A stretch of 64,000 bases of DNA from the human T2T-CHM13v2.0 reference genome, Homo sapiens. Numbering within the stretch: the first letter of the stretch is position 1; each line of letters opens with the position of its first letter. Below are positions 52,750 to 64,000 of this stretch, piece by piece. The stretch lies in the NCBI RefSeq assembly GCF_009914755.1, contig NC_060926.1; one strand, written 5' to 3'. The notes below the pieces were generated by a model. That model had not been told where the DNA came from and ran no database searches. It saw nothing but the letters and a program-made list of their open reading frames with translations. The position numbers were made by a program, and so were the translations under genes.

Positions 52750-53720
52750 TTTTTAAATATTTCAAAGCTGCAGAAAAGTTGCAAGAATAGTTCATGGAGT
52801 ATCCTTCATCTAAATTTACCAATTAACATTTTGTTGCAGAAGTTGCAGTTATTGTGACAATTCAACCCTAAATATTTCAGAGTACAAGGGCACACTCTTA
52901 CATAAACACGATCTAAGGCTCACATTCAGGAAATTTAACACTGACATAATATTATTATCTAACATGCAATCTGTATTCAGATTTCTCCAATTGTCCTAAC
53001 AGTGTCTCTTATAGTTTCACAGAAATTCAGTCTTGACCAGGTGCAGTGGCTCATACCTGTAATCTCAGCACTTTGGGAGGCTGAAGTGGGAGGATCGCTT
53101 GAGGCTAGGAGTTTGAGACGAGCTTAGACAATACAGCAAGACCTGTCTCTAAAATAATTAAAAAAAAAAAAAAAAAAACTAGCCAGGCATGGTGGTGGCT
53201 CATACCTTTAGTCTTAGCTACTTAGAAGGCTGAGGTGGGAGATCTCTTGAACCCAGAAGTTGGAGGCTGCAGTGAGCCATGATCACACCACTGTGCTCCA
53301 ACCTGAGTGATAGAGCAAAACTCTGTCTTGATTAAAAAAAAAAAAGAAGTCAGTCTTTTTAAAGATTCACATTGCAATCAAAGATTGTACACTGCATTTA
53401 GTTGTTACATATCTTTATATCAATTAAGTCTTTTTCAATTTTTCATGACATTGAAATTTTTGAAGAGTCTAGGCCAACTTTGCACGATGTTCCTCAGTTT
53501 GGATTTTCCTCATATTTATGTTCAGGCTAAACACATTTTGCTAGGAATACTGCATAGATGATGTTAGCTCCTCATCATTAGACACATAATGTCAGTTTAT
53601 CCCATTTTGATAACATTGTTTGATTGCTTAGTTAAAATTATGTCCATTTGATTTTCCCATTATTGAAGTACCCTTTTCCCTTTATGATTAATGTGTACTC
53701 TGTGGAATTATACTTTGGGA
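52750..53720 (-). mobile_element. Ancient L1 3' remnant (L1MC/ME-like) interrupted by an Alu
   Basis: aaagctgcagaaaagttgcaagaatag ... caggaaatttaacactgacataat ... ttcatgacattgaaattttt motifs. Confidence 0.6.
53035..53345 (+). mobile_element. AluJ
   Basis: Alu dimer with long central and terminal A runs; flanked by agaaattcagtctt and agaagtcagtctt. Confidence 0.92.
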
Positions 53721-55866
53721 CTGAGGAACTTCTTTTTGTAAGGGATAGAATATGAATGCTCTCTAAAATATTATAATCTAATGTTTGAATATTAATTCAG
53801 AATAAAATATGGCTAAACACCAAAGCATTTGTTTATGAGGGATTATTGATACTTTCCCATGGAACTCTGAAAAATAGGGATGATGAGTATACCTGTAGTG
53901 ATCAGAGAAAGCTTTATGGCAGAACTGAGATTTGGACCAGTCTTAGAAAATAGTAGGATTTAGACATATAAGAGGGATAGGAAAAACCTTCTCCATAATG
54001 AGTGTCGCATAATAAGGGATGTTGTAGAAACTGACTTGAATAGAAGATTAGACCGATGTAGGTAAATTGGGGCCAAATTACTGATTGCTTTGGATACAAA
54101 GAAGAACAGTTGCCATGTCATGCAGGTAATTAAAGATTCACACTTAGAATTCATGTGAAGAGGTATAACTATGTTTTCATTGTTGCATATTACCGTGGAC
54201 ATATTCTTACCTGTGCTTGCTCTCACATCACATAATATCATATAGATTTACCAGTTTCTACAGAGTCTGCTTATTGCCTTTCTAAAGACCCTGGCAGAAT
54301 CTAGATCTCACTTCTTTGTCATACCTATACATACAAGTTTAATTATTGAAATTAAAGGTAAATATATAACTAGCACAGGTAGTAATAGGTACACCTCCAT
54401 TCCTTTTTAAAATGATACTCTTTATGGGATTGATTACTTTTCCTAGCTTCAGACATAGCATTTATTTTAGTTTCCTAATTTTAAACTATATTATCATAAG
54501 GTTGAGATTTGAATAATTAAAAGTTCAGAAGACTGACTTAGTAGTTTTTCACCTCCCATTATTTAAATACATAAGCATCTGTTTCTGTTTATTCTTTTGG
54601 AAGGTACTGTTTATTCTTTTGAAAGCACTTGATGGGTGCCTAGCATTTCCACTTGCCAACTCTATAACAAAACATCAGCCTGACTTTTGTTTATTTTGTA
54701 TTTCAGTTACTTTTAAAATGGTAACTATTTTCCCCCAAGTTTGGAAGAAATTTTTTCTGAACCACAGTTATTATCTAAATTCTGTTAGTTGAATATAAAA
54801 ATTCCAGTGTCTGTATTTTTAATCACTGAACTGTAGATAATTATATAAATACATTGATACCCAAGAAAAAATGCAAGTAGGTTGTTTTGTCACTAAAGAG
54901 AACATGGTCAGTCATAGGATAATGCTAATGACGTTAATGTTCTCACTATTTGCCAAGCACAGTGCCCAAAATATTAATGTTTTTCATTTTGTTCCTTTAA
55001 TTACAAACTTTAAAAATCTCTTTTTAACAAGAAAATAAGCTTCAGTTGAGTTTATCTACTGCAATTCTCTCATATCATTGGATCTCAACTTTTCATATAT
55101 TATATCCAGAAATCATTCTATCAAAGAACCTCTACCATGATAAAATCAGAAATTCCACATTTTCCAAGAAAAACAAATGTTCACAGCATTCTCTTACTAA
55201 TTGAATGTGCTCTATGTAGATTTATTTGGACCCCAGGTTGAGAACCACTATCTCAGTAATTGTTATCATATGATTTGACCTGTATAGTGTCTAGCAGATA
55301 GGAAAAATATATTTAATCTTAAATGTGTAATTATCCAGTTAAGTAAGCATACCTATTATTGCAAATGAATGTAACTCTACTTGCTAATGTAAGTCTCAAA
55401 ATAGGTATGGCAGGATGTATAGTTTGAATGGTGCCATTCTCATCTCCTATGCCTGTAACAGTCTCACTGGCATTTTCTCATGGAGCCCAGCTAGAGTTCA
55501 GCTTCCTTTCCAACACAGCTTTCTAAGCAGCTACCACCAATTGGTGGGAATTGGCATATGAAACAAATTTTACTTGCCATTTTCATTTTAAAAGGCATAA
55601 CTTTATAAAATAGATATCGTAAGGGGCTAAAAAAGCGAAACCTAGAATTCTGATGTGATAGAATGAAAATTCTGTATGATGAATCTGCTTGCTTTTGTTG
55701 CCTGTATTCTGTCTGATCTCCAGAAAAACTGAAGGGATTCCAAACAGCCAGAGAAGGAGAAATGCACTCATGTAAAAAGAGAATATGCAATTGGAGCCCA
55801 GTACTGAAGGTTTTAGCACTTCAACTAAATTTTACATAAGAAACCTATCCTAATAAAAGAATTGAA

Positions 55867-55904
55867 GTCTGTGGCCATACCACCCTGAATACACCCAATT
55901 GTCT
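55867..55904 (+). pseudogene. 5' fragment of 5S rRNA (tailless retropseudogene)
   Basis: GTCTGTGGCCATACCACCCTGAATACACCCAATTGTCT compared with 5S GTCTACGGCCATACCACCCTGAACGCGCCCGATCTCGTCT; differences fall mostly at CpGs. Flanked by a direct repeat; no poly(A). Confidence 0.88.
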
Positions 55905-56558
55905 AATGAAAGAATTGCAGTCTTTTACCTAAGTTGGTAAAAGGGTGTGGCTGTTTTTACAATAATGACTAATTAAGGGCAAAGAAATTACAGTGTTAGA
56001 AACATGATGTGAAACTAAGCATGGGTTAGTTTGCAATATCACTGCATTTATTCTTCTTATTACTCCCATTATAAAAGATTTGGAATCCCATTAGACAGAA
56101 ATCAAGTCTTACTCTCATAGTGAAAATGTTGGGATAAGGAAATATTACGGTATCTGTTCTGAGAAGGTTGCAGTAAGATAACAAACATTTTGTTATAAGG
56201 GTGAACATTTTGTGGTGAAAATGGCAATTCATTTAAATCACCCAAGAAAATATTATGCCACACAAACCACAATTTTCTATTGTAACTGCATTCTTAAAAA
56301 TTCTAAATCCAACAAAATAGTAATATCACCATTTCCATCTGGACTGCCAGTCTTGATTTTGTATATTCTAAATATTATTAGAATGGCTAATGTCATTATG
56401 TATTGCTTTAGATGCCCATGCTTTCTCAACAGATAAAGAGTAAATAAGCATAATGAGCAGTTACTGAGAACCTTTGGTCAACAAAGGGAAAATAATGTAC
56501 ATTTTTTAAATCAAATTTAAAATAGTATTAATATATAGAACTATTTTTAATTGCATAG

Positions 56559-58859
<2,301 letters not shown>

Positions 58860-61169
58860 ACTTTTCTACTTTTTTAAAAAATTTGTACCAAAATATTTAT
58901 TATGATAAGAAATGATCCTTTCCCCATTGTGAAATTCTCTTCATTTCTTTAGTATTTATAATTTTATTTACAGAATGCTAGGGATTTGTCTATTGGGAAG
59001 ATTAACAGCTAAGAGGATTTCATGTGTTTCCATTATTTGTTGTCAATCTGTGTCATTTTGAATATTGTTCGACTTTCACTTGGTTTTATAACCATTGGAC
59101 TCCAAACTGCAAAATAAGCCATACGAGGCAGGGTTTCCTGGTTTGTGAGACATGTCCTTGGTCTATGCCAATATAAAAGCCATCTCCCTAGCTTTTGTTT
59201 GTATTCAGGTAAATGAAGTTTATCTTGGAAAAATCCAAAAAGGCAAAAATAAATGGATTTTTTTTCTTGCTGCTGAACAGAAGTAGGTGAATGGATAGGA
59301 AAAGGTAACTAGAAGTTGTACGAAGTAGAAGGCTGTCTTCTAATGTGTTTTCTTATCCTAGTTTGCTATCCTTATTATTTGTTTGAGAAAACTCAAAAAT
59401 GGATATTGGCTACTCCCTTTTAAAAAAAAAGCTAATAATTTAAGCTTTCTAATAAAAAAAAGGCTTGAAAACCTGATTTCCAGAATTTTTAATCTTGAAA
59501 TTGTTTTTTGAGTTTCTTGTAGAACTAAACCATTTTTATCATTGACATTAAGGTTTTGAACCCAAATCTATTGTATCTCTTCAGCCACCATTAAGGAAAC
59601 AAATTTATTTAAAAGTAGGCATATTAGAAAAAGACCTGTATTTTGTGCAATAGAGTCCTCAGAAATTGTTATAAAAACTGTACAGAAGCACCTAAGAGGT
59701 AAATGTGTTGAGGCATCAGAAAATTTGACTATGAAAACATTATTCAACACTAATGATTTATGAGAAATGACAAGGAGGAAATAAAAGATGGTTGTAAAGA
59801 CATTATTGTTCACTATGAAAACAGTGTGCTATGAAAACCAGATTGCTACTGGGAATGAGAAAACTGCTGAGGTTTTTAATAATAAGCTAGTGTGTAGGTA
59901 TAATACCGTCATGCTGGAGAAGCATTCTAACCCACATGTCTTTGTTGCTGATAGTAAAAGCGTTTTCCTTCCTAGTGTTGCCATTTACACCTGCCATCCT
60001 TCACATCTTGTGTTATGTGTTATGTTTTGATGTCACTATTTAATGAAGAACTATTCAATGATCTCTTATGTTAAATATATATATGGTTTAGAAGATATTT
60101 GAAATTATTAGTGCCTTCTTGATATTCTTAGTTTAAAGAATCTCATAAAACTTTATGTTTTATGTGTCTAACAGTATACTTATCCCATAGGGGGCTTCCA
60201 GCTTTTCACTCACTCATCATATTTCTTTTTAGATAACTCGACACAAATGAAAATTTTATTTTATCTATTTAGCAGAAAAGTCACACAAAGTTCATAACTA
60301 TTTAAAAGTACACCATATTTATTGAGCATACCTTAAATAATTTTGATGGGACATTTTTAGTCTCATTGCATTATACAGTTTTGATATCCCCTACCTCAGT
60401 TTACTTCATTTCAGGTCTGAGTTCATGTGCAAAGTGTATGTATTTCATTGATGTATTTCAATTCATCTATAATGGAAAAGACCAACATTTACTTATATTC
60501 TTGTTTCTTCTAATGGTCAAGTTTAGACTTATTTAATACTGTTTTGGTCATTTATTTTTTTTGTTTCATGTATCTTTGTAATACATCTGACCTGTACTGT
60601 TACTGCTGGGGGTGTCAAAGCATATAGGTTAAAAATTTATTAGTGTCAGAAAAGTGTGAGCATATAAATAGCTAAAAAGGATAAGGATACATGTCTAGAA
60701 ATGATATGAATATGACCAACTAGTGTAAACTAACAGGAAGTATGTGCTTAATAAAAATCTAAGTAGAATTTTTAAAGTATTAAACCTAATAAAATTAAAT
60801 ACTAATTAACGTGCATAGGTCTGATGTGCAGCTGGTTATGAAAACGGATTGATTCACTAATGAACATAACTCTTTCGATGAGCTAAATATTGAAGCAGTC
60901 TCTAATGCCATGTTTCTTTTTGCCATGTAGTGAACTGTGTCAACTCAATGTACCATCACTGTAATTGCCTAGCCTAAATATCTGTTTACACTGACATTTA
61001 TTCATTCATCAAATAACCGTTGAGCCTTAAAGGTAGGCATTCAGAATGAGACAGTAAATGATAGTCACAGCTTTTCCTCTAGGAGTGTTACTGAGTATTT
61101 CTATGATACCAGAAAGACATTAGAAGAAAACCACATTTTATTCTTAAAATGTTGCTATAGCTATCTATC

Positions 61170-61370
61170 GTCAAGTACCTTTTATGTACCAGGTGATTTC
61201 CCTATATTATTTCTAATCTGTGCAGTTTTCTAAAGTATAAAGTATTATTGTTCAATTTTACAGATCAGGAGCCTGAGGCTAAAAAAACTTAAGTAACTGT
61301 TCCGTATCATACATAACTGAATCAGGATTTGAACTGAGGTTCATCTGATTCTAAAATCCATTTTCCTCCC
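61170..61370 (-). mobile_element. MIR remnant
   Basis: attttacagatcaggagcctgaggct...aagtaactg...caggatttgaactgaggttcatctgattctaaa. Confidence 0.7.
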
Positions 61371-64000
61371 AGCTGCATAAATTCTTCATCTGAAACATTT
61401 AGTGCTCAAAAGTATTGTGTTCCCTTTCAAAATCTTTTAAAATGTTCAATAGATAATAAATTAAATCACATTAATGCATGTTAAAAGCCACATTTGTTAA
61501 CTATTGATATACTTCAGATGAAAGTCAGTTATTTTTGCCAATATTATAGCAAATAATGACTAGAATTTTTACGTCAGTGCAGAAGAAGAAATACCCAAAA
61601 TGTCAAGAAAACTGCCCCTTATTAGTGAATCACATTTGGTGACCTTTCTTTTAATTAATTATCACCTCACTCAAATTAGAATGGGTTTCCTAGTAGGTGA
61701 CGTGTCAGTAGGCCTTTAAAAGAGATGTAGATGCTAGTCATGTCATTCCAAGCATGGTAGCACAGTGAGGATGAAAAAAACCAACAGGTAACATGGTCCA
61801 ACTGTACTCTGTGGTTACAGAGCTTAGATACAACTCAGGTGACCTCTTGCTCAATCCAGTGCCTTTTTCCACTCTTCTAAGTAAAAGTTCAAAAATATTA
61901 CATTAAGACATTAACAAGATAAGAAATAACTTTCTCTGAAAAATGCTTAGTTCCATTGGTAATCTATTTTTAAATCTTCTTTTAAGGAGAGTCTTCCTAT
62001 GCAAAACAATCCAAATATTGATTTTTAGGCCTATATGTGAATTCTATGGGATGCATTTAAAACATACAACTTAAGCATGGGAATTGAAGGCAAAGATAGT
62101 AGCAAAATCAGATAAAAGATATTAAATACTTTGAAGAATTTCTAAAGCTTATGAATATACAAGGCTTTATTAATTCTACTTTGTGTTTTCAAGTTGCCTT
62201 TCCACTAAAGCTTCAAAATACTTTGCATTTTAAAGTTTACAGTTTTCCACTGGCTTTTTCAATATCAAATTACAGATAAAGTTTAATATTTCCATGTAAC
62301 AGATTTAGAAACTGACCAGTAGGATACTTGGTGACATTCCTCAAGTTGTAAAGCAAATCTCTGTTGGATCTGGCAGCCAAATCCCAAAGTTCCCAATTCT
62401 CAGTCCAAACACTCAAACTGCCAAATGCAGGTATGTTCTGGAAATCCATCAGTAGTAGACATTTAAAGCAACTTTCCATTTTTAAAGAGAGATGCATTTC
62501 AGCATGTGAGTAGCTATAGCACATGTCCTATAATATTATGACTTAAGGAAGACTCCAAAATCAAGTGCCCTTGCCTGGCAAACTTCAAAATGCCCAGGCC
62601 TCTTTAGTCCTCTGACTACTGCACACCTGCTTACCAGATAACAAAAACACATGCCAGTAACCCAAGCCTCTGCAGAGGACTTAGCCCTGTTAGTATCCAC
62701 ACAATGACCCATCCATTCCTTTGCCCTGCAGTTTTTCACGATTTTCAAAGAAGGAAAAAGATTTAGATTATTCTGCCAACATGCTTATTAGCAACCCTAC
62801 CTTCTTCCAATATGATAAAGTCACTAAGTCATTCAACACAACATAACTTTTTTCACTTTAAAATGACTTTTATGTTCTCTTATTTTTTCCTAAAAAAAAA
62901 CCAAAACATTTAATCAGCTCTTTTAAACACATGAAAATTTAATCCTCTGAGGGGACACGGTATGGGTTTGTGCCAGAAGAGAAAATAATTCAAACATTTA
63001 TTTGCCTTAACTCTTAAAGATATACATGACAAGAATATAAATAAGCCTACAAATAAATAAATGTTCTTGAGTATTTATATACTTATATTTTTTTAACTGC
63101 AAAAGAAAGTTTTCTTTCAGCACAAAATACATTTGATTGAAACTCAGGACAGCCATTAATATGGTAGGTATAAGACAATGGAATAGTGAGACCACAAAAG
63201 AACACTTTGGGTAAAAGACTACAAAGTAATGAGTTTGGTTTTTATGTCCTGTTTGTTCATTTGTTCTTGGAACATAGCAGTAAAGAAAATAAAGGGAGTT
63301 GTCATCCCTGTTTTTTCTAGATGAAGCTACAGGGGCAGAAAGATTAAGGGATAAAAATGCTCAAGGGTGGATTATACTATAAAGTATCCTTCTCAGGAGA
63401 TGAGAGATTTGTATAGAAATAATTCAGTGTTATATAGATTAATGTAGACTGAAGAAAGAGGAAGAGCCTCCTTGAAGGCTGTGACTGAATAAATATGAGT
63501 TGCTAGTGAAAGTATTTTCACTCAAATTTTTAAATGCTTCGATTTTATCCCCCAATCAGATGCACAAAGTTTGTAGTTTAAAAATTGTCCTCTGCACTTG
63601 TTTTTTAACCAAACAACAGAACTATACTAAATTCTGGATTGTGTGATTAAAAATCTATGTCTATTATTTTAGTAAATTTTTGCAAAATGAGCCATTTATT
63701 CTTTGCTGTAAGACATTCTTAATATAGTCAATGTCTTGTTGTTTAAGAAGGTCTCCTAATATCAGGGTTTCACCACTTATTTTGTTTACTTATTCCAGGT
63801 TTAACGTTTCCTTGTATTAAAAAAAAAAGGAGTTAAAATATGTTCAGCTGTAGACGTTGAGTCTATGTAATCAAAGGTGATAACAGAACTCAGAGTGGTG
63901 ATATGTTTGCTGATTCAGTGATCTATTTTGTACCTTTCAAGAAATAAATTGTCCCAGTGTGCAAATTGGGAGAATTTTATTCCATTACAACACATTGAGC

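Overview
Primate (almost certainly human) genomic DNA from inside the MBD5 gene, which runs on the + strand. The first ~46.5 kb is intron upstream of the first coding exon. About two-thirds of 1-34.7 kb is LINE-1: two related old minus-strand L1s, a twin-primed inverted L1, a full-length sense L1 carrying three nested insertions, and three truncated L1s with target-site duplications (TSDs). This part also holds Alus and a Ricksha-type Mutator transposon carrying ERVL/MLT2 sequence. From 46.5 kb onward lie four MBD5 coding exons: 47117-47229, 50940-51042, 52097-52277 and 56701-58821. Read-through past the last donor gives an 851-aa short isoform ending at 58859. Nearly all other ORF-track entries are L1 or Alu debris. 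I see no wholly new biological system. The best leads are 12 upstream ATGs in the 556-nt 5'UTR part of the first coding exon, an 80-codon +1-frame ORF spliced across the three MBD exons, a tailless 5S rRNA retrocopy, a 112-bp polyadenylated non-L1 insert in L1 ORF1, and two old L1s sharing unusual substitutions. Repeat subfamily names come from my memory of consensus sequences, and repeat boundaries without TSDs are approximate.
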